A DNA stretch of 61,350 bases from Atribacterota bacterium. GTDB taxonomy: Bacteria > Atribacterota > Phoenicimicrobiia > Phoenicimicrobiales > Phoenicimicrobiaceae. Position numbers and translations under genes: made by a program. Where the stretch lies: contig JBBRDV010000003.1 in the NCBI GenBank assembly GCA_038203565.1, forward strand, positions 1 to 61,350. The letters are read 5' to 3'. This document shows, in pieces, positions 1-9,226 of this stretch. A model generated the notes under the pieces. It saw nothing but the letters and a program-made list of their open reading frames with translations. It did no database searches and was not told the DNA's origin. Within the stretch, counting starts at the first letter, position 1, and the number at the start of each line of letters is the position of its first letter.

Positions 1-304
1 TTTTTTGGCAATTTATCTGGATTAATATTCGAATACATTTTGGCAAGCTCCCTGGAACTTCGATTTCTTGCATATCGAAAAGAGGGACTCTATCCCAGCC
101 TAATTCTCGTGCTGCTTGAGCCGGAAAGGCAGCATTTAAATCAGAGGTGGCACTAAAAAAAACACTTACTATATCTTCGATCTTAAAATTATTCTCTTTC
201 TGTAAAGTAATCAGCAATTCTTTGGTGATTTCTATAATCTCTTCTTTAGTATTGCTATTTACAGTTATCGCTCCTCTTATTCCTCTTATTCCTCTTACCA
301 GCAT
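1..304 (-). CDS. aroH: Chorismate mutase, AroH class (runs off the left edge; not in the ORF track)
   Basis: Manual translation from ATG at 304 (SD AGAGGTG): MLVRGIRGIRGAITVNSNTKEEIIEITKELL...SATSDLNAAFPAQAARELGWDRVPLFDMQEIEVPGSLPKCIRIL. Contains the AroH motifs RGIRGA, FPAxAAR, QE and CIR. Confidence 0.93.
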   Translation of the reverse strand, partial: MLVRGIRGIRGAITVNSNTKEEIIEITKELLITLQKENNFKIEDIVSVFFSATSDLNAAFPAQAARELGWDRVPLFDMQEIEVPGSLPKCIRILIQINCQK

Positions 305-336
305 ATTCTCACCTCTTTTGCTAAATTTATTTCGAC

Positions 337-378
337 AAAATAAAAAAGGCCATAGGAATTTAAAAAACCTATGACCTT
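337..378 (-). terminator. Intrinsic terminator (attenuator) upstream of aroH
   Basis: Minus strand AAGGUCAUAGG-loop-CCUAUGGCCUU (11 bp, one G.U) followed by UUUUAUUUU. Confidence 0.8.
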
Positions 379-477
379 TATATATAAACATATAAAGATA
401 TCATAGGCATAAAACCGATGTCTATGCCTATGATATCTTATTTTTTACTTCTAAGATGTTAAGGCATAAACATCGGT
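337..477 (-). promoter_or_regulatory. Ribosome-dependent transcription attenuator with mutually exclusive helices
   Basis: 462-477 pairs with 414-429 (16 bp, one G.U). 423-439 pairs with 395-411 (17 bp, perfect). About 389-407 pairs with 368-382 (antiterminator). 368-378 pairs with 346-356 (terminator). Confidence 0.8.
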
Positions 478-546
478 GGAATAATAGTAATAGTAATAAA
501 AATCAAAGGAATTTATCGATTTAGTAAATTCTCTATTTATTGCCAC
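451..546 (-). CDS. Tyr/Phe-rich leader peptide, 31 aa: MAINREFTKSINSFDFYYYYYYSTDVYALTS
   Basis: GTG at 546 after AAGGAGTAGGTAAG; six consecutive Tyr codons preceded by FDF; TAG at 451-453; lies between a promoter and the terminator in front of aroH. Confidence 0.85.
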   Translation of the reverse strand: MAINREFTKSINSFDFYYYYYYSTDVYALTS

Positions 547-573
547 CTTACCTACTCCTTAACATTTTTTAAA

Positions 574-602
574 ATATTAGCATACTCTTTCGTCTCTGTC
601 AA
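574..602 (-). promoter_or_regulatory. Sigma70-type promoter of the aroH leader
   Basis: TTGACA, 17 nt spacer, TAATAT with an extended -10 TG. Confidence 0.7.
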
Positions 603-605
603 ATT

Positions 606-1628
606 TTATTTAGTGGCAGCTGCTTTTCTTAATCTCTCCATAATAGCAAGACCCAAGCCCCGCTCTTCTAATCCTTCGGTAATAATAATTTCAAACCCTT
701 CTTTATCAAAACTTCTTAAAATAGCGAAGAGATTTGCCGCACATGTCTCTAATTCGGCACCCTTACCTATAACCTTAACCTCAAATCCATTATATTCGTG
801 TTGATTTTCTCCTTTAGCCATTATCCCCACTTTAAATCCTTTTACCTTATATTCAGAAGCCAACTGACGAACTTCTTCTACCTCGGATTCCCCTTTTCCT
901 TCCACTAAAATTAGTTTTGCTTGAGGAGAATAATGACTGTTTAGCATTCCTGGAGAACGAAAACCCTCTTCTAACTCCTTACATATTTTTACCTGGCCAA
1001 TTACTTCTTTTAATTTTTCCACTGATATCCCCCCTGCCCTCAGTACCTGAAAAGGTTTAGCGGTTATATCGAGAACAGTAGATTCTACCCCTACTTTAGT
1101 TTTTCCTCCATCAATAATCATCTCTATTTTACCGTCTAAATCATCGGCTACGTGTTGAGCAGTAGTGGGGCTTGGCCTTCCAAAAAGATTGGCACTGGGA
1201 GCTACTATGGGAGTTTTGGCTTCTCTAATTAAGCTTAAGGCAATATTATCCGCCGGTATTCTTATTGCAATCGTATCTAAACCGGCAGTAACAATACCAG
1301 AAACTAATTCAGATTTTTTTAGAACTAAGGTAAGGGGCCCCGGCCAAAATACTTTAGCTAATTTTAAAGCTACCGGGGGAACTTGCTTGGACAATCTATA
1401 CAATTCTTTTATATCGGCAATATGAGCAATTAAAGGATCATTAAATGGTCTTCCTTTGGCTTGAAATATTTTCGCAACCGCTTTCTCATTGAGGGCATCT
1501 GCCCCCAATCCATAGACTGTCTCAGTAGGAAAAGCCACCAAGTTACCTTTTTTTATTTCTTCTGCAGCTGTTTTTATCTTAGCAAAATTTATTCTTTTGG
1601 GATTTATTTCTAATATTTTGGTTTTCAT
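606..1628 (-). CDS. tsaC: Threonylcarbamoyl-AMP synthase (Sua5-type, with C-terminal domain)
   Basis: FPTETVYGLGA, KGRPxxDPLI, PSANLFGRPSPT and HYSP motifs. Confidence 0.96.
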   Translation of the reverse strand: MKTKILEINPKRINFAKIKTAAEEIKKGNLVAFPTETVYGLGADALNEKAVAKIFQAKGRPFNDPLIAHIADIKELYRLSKQVPPVALKLAKVFWPGPLTLVLKKSELVSGIVTAGLDTIAIRIPADNIALSLIREAKTPIVAPSANLFGRPSPTTAQHVADDLDGKIEMIIDGGKTKVGVESTVLDITAKPFQVLRAGGISVEKLKEVIGQVKICKELEEGFRSPGMLNSHYSPQAKLILVEGKGESEVEEVRQLASEYKVKGFKVGIMAKGENQHEYNGFEVKVIGKGAELETCAANLFAILRSFDKEGFEIIITEGLEERGLGLAIMERLRKAAATK

Positions 1629-2098
1629 TTTAAAATTTTTAATATTTTGTATCTTAATATTCCAATAGGAACTTCAATCTCAACTTCTTCTCCTTCCTGG
1701 TGACCTAAAAATGCCCGTCCTAAGGGAGAACTTATAGATATCTTGTTATGAGTGAAATCTATTTGGTCATCCGGTACAAAGATATATTCAATTTCTTCCC
1801 CAGAACCTAAATTCTTCAGCTTTAGAGTTGTGCCGATACCAATCCCCTCTGAATAACAATCATCTTCTACTACTTTTGCCCGGCTTAACTTCTGTTTCAA
1901 CCTAACAATATTTATTTCGTTCATACGCTGAGCTTCTGAGGCTATATTATACTCTGCATTCTCGGTTATATCTCCATATTCTAATGCCCGGCTAATCTCT
2001 TCTTGTATCTCTTTTCTTTTTGCTGACTCTAAATACGTTATTTCTTCTTTTAAATTCTTCAAGCCTTCTTTGCTTAAAAAAATCTCGTTATTGTTCAC
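1625..2098 (-). CDS. greA: Transcription elongation factor GreA
   Basis: GDITENAEY and ISISSPLGRAFLG motifs. Confidence 0.95.
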   Translation of the reverse strand: MNNNEIFLSKEGLKNLKEEITYLESAKRKEIQEEISRALEYGDITENAEYNIASEAQRMNEINIVRLKQKLSRAKVVEDDCYSEGIGIGTTLKLKNLGSGEEIEYIFVPDDQIDFTHNKISISSPLGRAFLGHQEGEEVEIEVPIGILRYKILKILK

Positions 2099-2211
2099 TT
2101 TTATCCCTCTTTTATCTTGTCAATTTTACCATTTAATACAATATTTCTCTTCAACAATATCAATATAATTTTAGTTATTTTAATTCTCTTTTATGGATTA
2201 CTGTTGATATT

Positions 2212-2237
2212 AAAAAAGCAGGTAGGTAGTTCCTGCT
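2212..2237 (-). terminator. Intrinsic terminator after the tRNA pair
   Basis: Minus strand AGCAGG-loop-CCUGCU followed by a U run. Confidence 0.65.
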
Positions 2238-2267
2238 CAAATTAAATCTATATTTTACTTAAAAAAT

Positions 2268-2342
2268 TGGTAGCGCAAGGGGGAATTGAACCCCCGTTTG
2301 CTGATTGAGAGCCAGCTGAATTAACCACTATTCGATTGCGCC
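2268..2342 (-). tRNA. tRNA-Glu (anticodon CTC)
   Basis: Cloverleaf GGCGCAA...GCTGG CT CTC AA TCAGC...GGGGG TTCAATT CCCCC TTGCGCT A CCA; CCA encoded. Confidence 0.93.
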
Positions 2343-2383
2343 TATTATCAATAAATTAATTTAATATTATAACTATAATGGAA

Positions 2384-2457
2384 TGGCTGAGGGAGGTGGG
2401 GTCGAACCACCGCTCCCAGATCCAGAGTCTGGTGTCCTACCACTAGACGATCCCTCA
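2384..2457 (-). tRNA. tRNA-Gln (anticodon CTG)
   Basis: Cloverleaf TGAGGGA...CCAGA CT CTG GA TCTGG...GGTGG TTCGACC CCACC TCCCTCA G CCA; U1-A72 pair. Confidence 0.95.
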
Positions 2458-2522
2458 ACTCTATAATAATCTTTTCTTTTTTTATTTTATACTAAATCGT
2501 GTTATTTGAAAAGTCTAATTGA

Positions 2523-4019
2523 TTACTTTTTCACTTCTTCCATTTTTTCTATAGCTTCTTTTAAACGTTTAACAGTTTTGTCCTGACCTAATACTACCAT
2601 CACTTCAAACAAACCAGGACCTACTTTTTTACCGCTAAGCGCAACCCGAGTAGGATGGATTATTTGACCGCCTTTTATTTGTAAAGAAGAGGCAACTTCT
2701 CTTACTGCATTTTCAATACTTTCTTCATTCCAATATTCAAGGAAAGAAAGCTTTTCCTTTAAAGCCTGCAAAATACCTGATACACCTTCTTCGCTTAATA
2801 CACTATCAAAAGCTTGAGGTTCAATATCTATTTTATCCACAAAAAAATAATCCGCATAGTCGATAAATTGAGAGAAATTCTTAAACCTTCCCTGCATTAA
2901 TTTTACTACTTCTTCTATGTACTCATTTTTTACCGGAAAAAGACCTTCTTCATTTTCAATATAATTGGCCTCCTTAAGAAAGGGAAGAAGCATTTTGGTT
3001 AGGGAATCGATAGACATAATCTTCAAATATTCACTATTAAACCAATTTAGTTTTTCCATACTAAAAACAGCCGCATGTTTGGAAATTTTATCTAAACTAA
3101 ACTCTTTAATTAATTCTTCTTTTGTGAATATCTCCCTTTCGTCGCCAGAAGACCAACCTAAATGAGTAATATAATTCACTACTGCCTCCGGGATATAACC
3201 CATCTTTTTATATTCCATAACCGAAGTAGCTCCATGACGTTTACTCAGCCTGGTGTGATCTTGCCCCATAATCATAGGGATATGAGCAAATTTTGGCACA
3301 TCAAATCCCAAGGCTTCATATATTACTATCTGTTTAGGAGTATTAGAAATATGGTCATCTCCTCTCATAACGTCGGTAATCTCCATTAAGGAATCATCAA
3401 TGACTACCGCATAATTATAAGTAGGAATTCCGTCTGATTTCATAATTACAAAATCACTTAACAGCCCGCCGTCAAAAGTTACTTCCCCCCTTAATAGGTC
3501 ATCAAAGGCAATTTGCTTGGCAGGAATTTTCAATCTTATGACCGGTTTTCTACCTTCTGCTTCATATCTTTTCTTCTCCTCCTCACTAAGGTTAAAACAA
3601 TGTCTATCATACTTAAGAGATTTATTTTCTCTTGCCTGCTTTTCTCTACTTTTAGCCAGTTCTTCTCTGGTACAATAACAATGATACGCTTTTTTATCTT
3701 TTAAAAGTTTTTCCGTATATTCCTGATAAATGTGTAAGCGCTTCATCTGATAATAGGGACCATATTCCCCGCCTTTCCCGGGTCCTTCATCCCAATTTAA
3801 ATCTAACCATTTCATGCCTTCCAGTATCACATTTACTGCTTCTTCAGTAGACCTTACTTGGTCGGTATCTTCAATACGTAAAACAAAAGTCCCATTATAA
3901 TGTCTGGCATAAAGCCAATTAAATAAAGCCGTTCGGGCTCCTCCAATATGTAAATATCCAGTTGGACTAGGGGCAAACCTAACCCGTATTTTTTTGTCTT
4001 CCATTCTTTCTCTCACCAT
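2523..4019 (-). CDS. gltX: Glutamate--tRNA ligase
   Basis: RFAPSPTGYLHIGG (HIGH) and LSKRHG (KMSKS-like) motifs. Confidence 0.97.
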   Translation of the reverse strand: MVRERMEDKKIRVRFAPSPTGYLHIGGARTALFNWLYARHYNGTFVLRIEDTDQVRSTEEAVNVILEGMKWLDLNWDEGPGKGGEYGPYYQMKRLHIYQEYTEKLLKDKKAYHCYCTREELAKSREKQARENKSLKYDRHCFNLSEEEKKRYEAEGRKPVIRLKIPAKQIAFDDLLRGEVTFDGGLLSDFVIMKSDGIPTYNYAVVIDDSLMEITDVMRGDDHISNTPKQIVIYEALGFDVPKFAHIPMIMGQDHTRLSKRHGATSVMEYKKMGYIPEAVVNYITHLGWSSGDEREIFTKEELIKEFSLDKISKHAAVFSMEKLNWFNSEYLKIMSIDSLTKMLLPFLKEANYIENEEGLFPVKNEYIEEVVKLMQGRFKNFSQFIDYADYFFVDKIDIEPQAFDSVLSEEGVSGILQALKEKLSFLEYWNEESIENAVREVASSLQIKGGQIIHPTRVALSGKKVGPGLFEVMVVLGQDKTVKRLKEAIEKMEEVKK

Positions 4020-4080
4020 TAATTAGTCGTTAGTGAATAGTACTAAACGCTATGCACTATTTTTTATAAGAAACAAGATT

Positions 4081-4109
4081 ATTATAATACAAAAGCATTA
4101 ATAACACAA
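4081..4109 (-). promoter_or_regulatory. Putative promoter of gltX-tRNA
   Basis: TTGTGT, 17 nt spacer, TATAAT. Confidence 0.5.
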
Positions 4110-4128
4110 TTATTTATCAATTAGAAAT

Positions 4129-4176
4129 TAGGACAATCGGGCCTGCCCTCGTGAAAACGGGGGACGCCTGTCCTAC
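4129..4176 (-). repeat. Degenerate GTAG-type REP element
   Basis: Minus strand GTAGGACAGGCGTCCCCC...GGGCAGGCCCGATTGTCCTA; a GC-rich palindromic island in AT-rich intergenic DNA. Confidence 0.45.
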
Positions 4177-4225
4177 AAATATTTATCATTCTATAAATCT
4201 GTCAAGGTGGGGTGAATAGGAAATT

Positions 4226-5143
4226 TTATTTAACTAATTCTGACACCGGGACTATTTCTATACCAGCTTTAATCAATTCAGGAATCATCCTCTTCAATAC
4301 ATAAAAGGTATTTATACGGCTATGGCCAATAGCAATAGCCTCTCCTTCTCTTAAGGCAGTCTCTTGAACTTTCAACATCTGTCTTTTAATATATTCCATA
4401 TCGTTCTCATTATCCAAAAAGACTGACCTTATCGCAGACTTAATTTCCATCTCTTGGGCTGCTTCATAGGCAATAGAATCCTTAGTGGTTATACTATCTA
4501 TGAAAAATAAGTTATATCCTTTAATCTCTTTTAAAATTATCTCCATTATTTCTCTATTTTCGGTAATCTTTGAGCCCATATGATTATTAACCCCTATAAT
4601 ATAAGGGAAATTTAAAATGCAGTCTCTTACAGCTTGTTTAATTTCTTCTTCCGACATATAGGATTTAATAGCGCCAGGTCCGGGGTTAGCAGAAGAATTA
4701 CTGGGTTCCATGGGTAGATGCAACATAATTTCCTGATTATTTTTTCTGCCTTCTTCTGCAATAAATTCAGAATACTGGAGAAAAGGTAATATAGATAGTG
4801 CCACAGGAAATTCTAATTCCATCATTTTCTTCGCCACTTCTGTTTCATATCCTAAATCATCTATTATAAAAGCTGCTTTAGGTGAAAAGCTTATCTCTTC
4901 CTCTGAATAGGCCAAATCATTAATTATTAAATCTGTATATTGTTCGCTGTCATAAGTAGTTTCTTCAGATTCCTTTACTTCTAACTCTATTGTATTAGTA
5001 GTGGTTAGGACAGTATTTTGGGTATTATGAAGGTTGTTTTCTTCCTTAATAGACTTATTGAATAAATTAGAAATACTAAAAGCTATGACCAAAATAATTA
5101 CTAAGGCAATAATATTTATAATTTCTCTTTGGCTCTTTTTCAA
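4226..5143 (-). CDS. Divergent polysaccharide deacetylase family protein (YibQ-like), N-terminal membrane anchor
   Basis: AFIIDDLG, MLHLPMEP, GVNNHMGS, FFIDS, RSVFLDN and AIAIGH motifs. Confidence 0.92.
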   Translation of the reverse strand: MKKSQREIINIIALVIILVIAFSISNLFNKSIKEENNLHNTQNTVLTTTNTIELEVKESEETTYDSEQYTDLIINDLAYSEEEISFSPKAAFIIDDLGYETEVAKKMMELEFPVALSILPFLQYSEFIAEEGRKNNQEIMLHLPMEPSNSSANPGPGAIKSYMSEEEIKQAVRDCILNFPYIIGVNNHMGSKITENREIMEIILKEIKGYNLFFIDSITTKDSIAYEAAQEMEIKSAIRSVFLDNENDMEYIKRQMLKVQETALREGEAIAIGHSRINTFYVLKRMIPELIKAGIEIVPVSELVK

Positions 5144-5217
5144 AATAAAATTCCTTTCAATTTGGTTGGTTAGTTATTTAATTTCTAACCCCTGTTTTCT
5201 TCACGATATGCGATACA

Positions 5218-6447
5218 CTATTTTAATTCCTCTTCCAGTAACTGTATCGCCTTATTTAATTGCATATCCTGTTCATCACCTTCTGCTGCTGGTTCTACTA
5301 ATATATCCGGTTCAATCCCAATATGATTTATTGACCGCTCGTTAGGGGTAAAATATTCAGAAGTGGTAATTGCAATTCCTGAGCCATCATAAAGATTAAA
5401 GACTTGCTGGACTACTCCCTTGCCAAATGTTTTTTCCCCCAACAACTTTCCTCTTCCAGTATCCTGAATTGCTCCAGCTACAATTTCCGAAGCACTTGCA
5501 CTACCCTCATTAACCAATATGAATAAAGGCCATTCGGGGTATTTGTTCCCTTTGGATTCTATAGTAGCTACTATCCCATTTCTATCTTTGATATGAACGA
5601 TCGGCCCTACTTTTATGAATTTACTGGCCACCTCTATAGCACTATCCAATAATCCTCCCGGATTATTGCGTAAATCGAGAATAATCCCATGAATATTACT
5701 ATCTTTTTTAAATTCATTTAAGACTTCTTCTAATTCAGGTTTAGTATTCACATTAAAAGTAGTAATTCGGACATACCCAAGGTTATTGTTCTTACCCATT
5801 ACTTCCTTTTTTACTGCTTTAACCTCGATTATATCTCGAATTATGGAAATTTCTAAAATTTCCTCTACATTTTCTCTCTTAATTCCTAAGATAACTTCGG
5901 TTCCTTTCTCCCCCCTTAAAATATCAACTGCTTCATCTACCCCCATTCCTTCTGTTGATTTTCTATCAATCTCTAATATCTTATCTCCTGCTTTTATTCC
6001 TGCTTCATAAGCTGGGGTATCTTCAATGGGAGAAATTATAGTTAATTGATCATCTTTCATAGAGATAATTATCCCTAACCCTCCAAAACGACCTAAAAAC
6101 ATATCTTCCTGCTCCCTTTTAAGTGCTTGAGGGTCCATGAAACGAGTATAAGGGTCATCAAGGGCTTTAAGCATACCTTTTATAGCCCCCTGAACCACTT
6201 TATCTAAATCTATATCCTTCTTTATGTATTCAAATCTTACCAAATTTAAAGCTTCAAAGAAAGGCTCTAAGTTATCAAAGATTTCCTCTTGGTTAGTCTT
6301 TCCATTTGCCCGAACGTTGTAAAATAAAAATCCACTTATTATAGAAACCAATACAAAAATCGAAATTAAAGTAATTATTCTCTTTCTTTTTATATTTATC
6401 AAAATTTTCACCGTCCAATTTTTTAGAATGTTTATATTTATAGCCAA
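5218..6447 (-). CDS. ctpA: Carboxy-terminal processing protease, S41A family (true start possibly TTG at 6402)
   Basis: LDDPYT, PDZ domain, ILDLRNNPGGLL, SASASEI and TFGKG motifs. Confidence 0.93.
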   Translation of the reverse strand: MAININILKNWTVKILINIKRKRIITLISIFVLVSIISGFLFYNVRANGKTNQEEIFDNLEPFFEALNLVRFEYIKKDIDLDKVVQGAIKGMLKALDDPYTRFMDPQALKREQEDMFLGRFGGLGIIISMKDDQLTIISPIEDTPAYEAGIKAGDKILEIDRKSTEGMGVDEAVDILRGEKGTEVILGIKRENVEEILEISIIRDIIEVKAVKKEVMGKNNNLGYVRITTFNVNTKPELEEVLNEFKKDSNIHGIILDLRNNPGGLLDSAIEVASKFIKVGPIVHIKDRNGIVATIESKGNKYPEWPLFILVNEGSASASEIVAGAIQDTGRGKLLGEKTFGKGVVQQVFNLYDGSGIAITTSEYFTPNERSINHIGIEPDILVEPAAEGDEQDMQLNKAIQLLEEELK

Positions 6448-7652
6448 TTCATAGGGTCAGTAGGTTTGCCTTCCACCCTAACTTCAAAATGCAGCCTGGT
6501 GGAAGAAACGCCGCCACTATCACCCACCTGACCTATAGATTGTCCCTTTTTCACTTTGTCTCCAATATCTATTAAAATTTTAGAAAGATGAGCATATAGA
6601 GTAGTAGTCCTTCCACCATGATCGATAATTATTATCTGCCCATATCCTTTTATATTTCCAGTATAAATTACCTCTCCTGAACCGGCTGCACGAACTACCT
6701 CCCCAAGGGGGGCGCTAATATCTATTCCAGAATTAAAAGTATCAGTATTAAATTCAATATTTTTTTGTCTTCCATACCCGGAAATTAATTTACCCTGAAT
6801 AGGTAGGGCTAAAATTCCCTTTTTAGGTTGCAGGGCAACCGTTGGGACTTCCTTTGGGGAAGTCTTTTTAGATTCCTCTTCCTGCTGCTTATAAATTCTT
6901 TCTATTATATTCTTTATTTCTTGAGAAGATTGCTCTAACTCTTTTAAAGACTTTAGGTATGTTTCTTTTTGAGAGTCTATCTTATCAATGATGGACTTTT
7001 TGGCTTTAATAGAAAACTCAATATTTTCTTTCTCTTTCTCTACCTCTTTTTTTAACAAACTTAATATCTCTTCCCTGTTCTCCAGGTTTATTTTATTTTC
7101 TTCTATTTTTTTCATCTGCTGGCGAATATCGTTAATCACTTTGGCATCTAAAGACAAAATATTTTTTATATATCTGAACCGTGTAAGAAAATCAGAAAAG
7201 CTTTGACTATTGAATATAATTTCCAGGTAACCAGTTAGACTGTGTTTATATATCTCCCTTAATCTGCTTTCTAATAGCTTAGTCTTTTCCTTTAGCTTTT
7301 CTTTTTCAATAACAACTTCATCTTTTGCTGTTTTTATCCCTTTTTGAACAAGCTCTAAATCTTTTTCTATAGTTTGCAATTCTTTCCCTGCATCTTGTAA
7401 AAGTTTTTCTATTTTATGAAGTGTTTCTAAATAACCAATTTCTTTTTTTTGTAAATTATCAATTTCCTCTTTAACACTTTTAATCTGTTGTTCTATTTTT
7501 TTTAATCTCTGGTTTTCCTCGTTTATCTTTTGACTATTGTCTCCACTACTATCACCATAACTAAAAATCACAACAAATAAGATGAAGGTTAAAATCAATA
7601 TAAAAATAGGAAATATTTTCTTATTTATTAAAACTAATCTCTTTTCATACAT
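6438..7652 (-). CDS. envC: Murein hydrolase activator EnvC-like protein (coiled coil plus degenerate M23 domain)
   Basis: Signal/TM segment, long coiled coil, M23 domain with NSGIDI (Zn ligand missing), YAHLS and RLHFEVR; adjacent to ftsEX. Confidence 0.85.
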   Translation of the reverse strand: MYEKRLVLINKKIFPIFILILTFILFVVIFSYGDSSGDNSQKINEENQRLKKIEQQIKSVKEEIDNLQKKEIGYLETLHKIEKLLQDAGKELQTIEKDLELVQKGIKTAKDEVVIEKEKLKEKTKLLESRLREIYKHSLTGYLEIIFNSQSFSDFLTRFRYIKNILSLDAKVINDIRQQMKKIEENKINLENREEILSLLKKEVEKEKENIEFSIKAKKSIIDKIDSQKETYLKSLKELEQSSQEIKNIIERIYKQQEEESKKTSPKEVPTVALQPKKGILALPIQGKLISGYGRQKNIEFNTDTFNSGIDISAPLGEVVRAAGSGEVIYTGNIKGYGQIIIIDHGGRTTTLYAHLSKILIDIGDKVKKGQSIGQVGDSGGVSSTRLHFEVRVEGKPTDPMNWL

Positions 7653-8529
7653 TTAAATATTTTCCTACTGAAAACATACTCCCTAAAATTCCCACTAAAC
7701 TCCCTAACAGTACAATGGCTATACCTATGGGTAACAAATCTACATTGTCCACCACTAATGGCAAAAAAGGAATGGCTTGATGTACTTTATTTATTGCAAA
7801 AAAATAAAAATTATATAAAATTATGGTGGAAAGAACGCTTGAGATAAAGCCCTGCAAAAAGCCCTCAATTATAAAGGGCCACTTAACAAACCAGGAAGTA
7901 GCTCCAACTAAGCTCATTATTTCAATTTCATTTCTTCTGGCATATACAGTGATTTTTATTATATTAGATATAATCAAAATAGAAGCAAAAACCAGAAGAG
8001 CTAATATTAACATTCCCGCTCTCCTAAATATATAAGTAAAATTTAGCAATCTTCCAGCTGTTTCCCGGCCGTATTCAACTTCTTCTACTTTTTCAAACTT
8101 AGTTATCTGATTAGCAATTTGCTCAATCGTTTTAGGATCTTTTATCTGTACCTCAAAAGAAGCAGGAAGCGGGTTTACTTCAATAGCACCGAGTATATCC
8201 TTTTGTGCTCCCAAATCTTTTGATAAACGCTGGTAAGCCTCCTCTTTAGATATAAATTTTACCTCTTTTATCCCATCTATTGAGGTGATGTTGCTTTTTA
8301 AATTGTCTAGCTCAACCTTGGGAATATTATCTTCTAAATAAACTATAATCTCTAATTGAGATTCTAAATTTTCTAAAAAAAGATTTAAATTTACAGATAT
8401 TAATAGAAAGACACCAACAATAAGTAAAATTGTAGTGATGCTTAATATTGCTGCTATACTCATTAAAGCACTTCTTCTAAAACTGAGTAAAGCTTCTCTA
8501 AAATAAAATCCTATATTCTCAAAAATCAT
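7645..8529 (-). CDS. ftsX: Cell division permease FtsX
   Basis: NPLPASF, ARRNEIEIMSLVGAT and PFIIEG motifs; next to ftsE. Confidence 0.95.
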   Translation of the reverse strand: MIFENIGFYFREALLSFRRSALMSIAAILSITTILLIVGVFLLISVNLNLFLENLESQLEIIVYLEDNIPKVELDNLKSNITSIDGIKEVKFISKEEAYQRLSKDLGAQKDILGAIEVNPLPASFEVQIKDPKTIEQIANQITKFEKVEEVEYGRETAGRLLNFTYIFRRAGMLILALLVFASILIISNIIKITVYARRNEIEIMSLVGATSWFVKWPFIIEGFLQGFISSVLSTIILYNFYFFAINKVHQAIPFLPLVVDNVDLLPIGIAIVLLGSLVGILGSMFSVGKYLNV

Positions 8530-8530
8530 C

Positions 8531-9205
8531 TTAATATATCCCTCTTTGGGTATCTTCTATTATTCGTCCTCGCTCCAACCTCACTACCCGCTTCTTAGCT
8601 TTATCTACCATAAGTTTATCATGGGAAGCCATTATAATAGTAGTCCCCCGTATGTTTATATGAAATAGAAGTTTCATAATCTCCCAGGAAGTGTAAGGAT
8701 CTAAATTACCAGTTGGTTCATCGGTAAGTAATATTAATGGTTCGTTAGCAATAGCCCGGGCAATACATAATTTTTGCTGCTCTCCTCCAGATAATAAATG
8801 TGGTTTTACCTTCCTTTTATTTTCCAGTCCTACTAAATTAAGGACCTTCTTAACTTGCTGTCTTATCTCAAAATTAGTTGCTCCAATCGCCTTTAAACCA
8901 AAGGAAATATTTTCATATACCATTCTATCATACAGTAATTTAAAATCTTGAAAGACAATGCCTATGTTCCGCCTCAGATAAGGTATGTAACCGGGCTTAA
9001 GTCGAGCTATATTTATCCCATCGACAATTACCTGTCCCTTGGTAGGAACAATCCCCCGGTAAATCAATTTTAGAAAAGTACTTTTCCCTGCCCCGGTAGC
9101 ACCTACTAAAAAAACAAATTCACCCTTTTTTATATGGATATTGATATCTCGTAAGGCCTGAATTTTATTGGGATAATTTTTATATACATGAAACATTCTA
9201 ATCAT
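8531..9205 (-). CDS. ftsE: Cell division ATP-binding protein FtsE (start reassigned to ATG 9205)
   Basis: GATGAGKST, VFQDFKLL, LSGGEQQ and DEPTGNLD motifs. Confidence 0.95.
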   Translation of the reverse strand: MIRMFHVYKNYPNKIQALRDINIHIKKGEFVFLVGATGAGKSTFLKLIYRGIVPTKGQVIVDGINIARLKPGYIPYLRRNIGIVFQDFKLLYDRMVYENISFGLKAIGATNFEIRQQVKKVLNLVGLENKRKVKPHLLSGGEQQKLCIARAIANEPLILLTDEPTGNLDPYTSWEIMKLLFHINIRGTTIIMASHDKLMVDKAKKRVVRLERGRIIEDTQRGIY

Positions 9206-9226
9206 ATTAAATAGTAACCTCAAAGG

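Noticed and set aside
305-605. T-box riboswitch upstream of aroH
   Set aside because: No T-box consensus was seen; the Tyr-run leader ORF and alternative helices explain the region.
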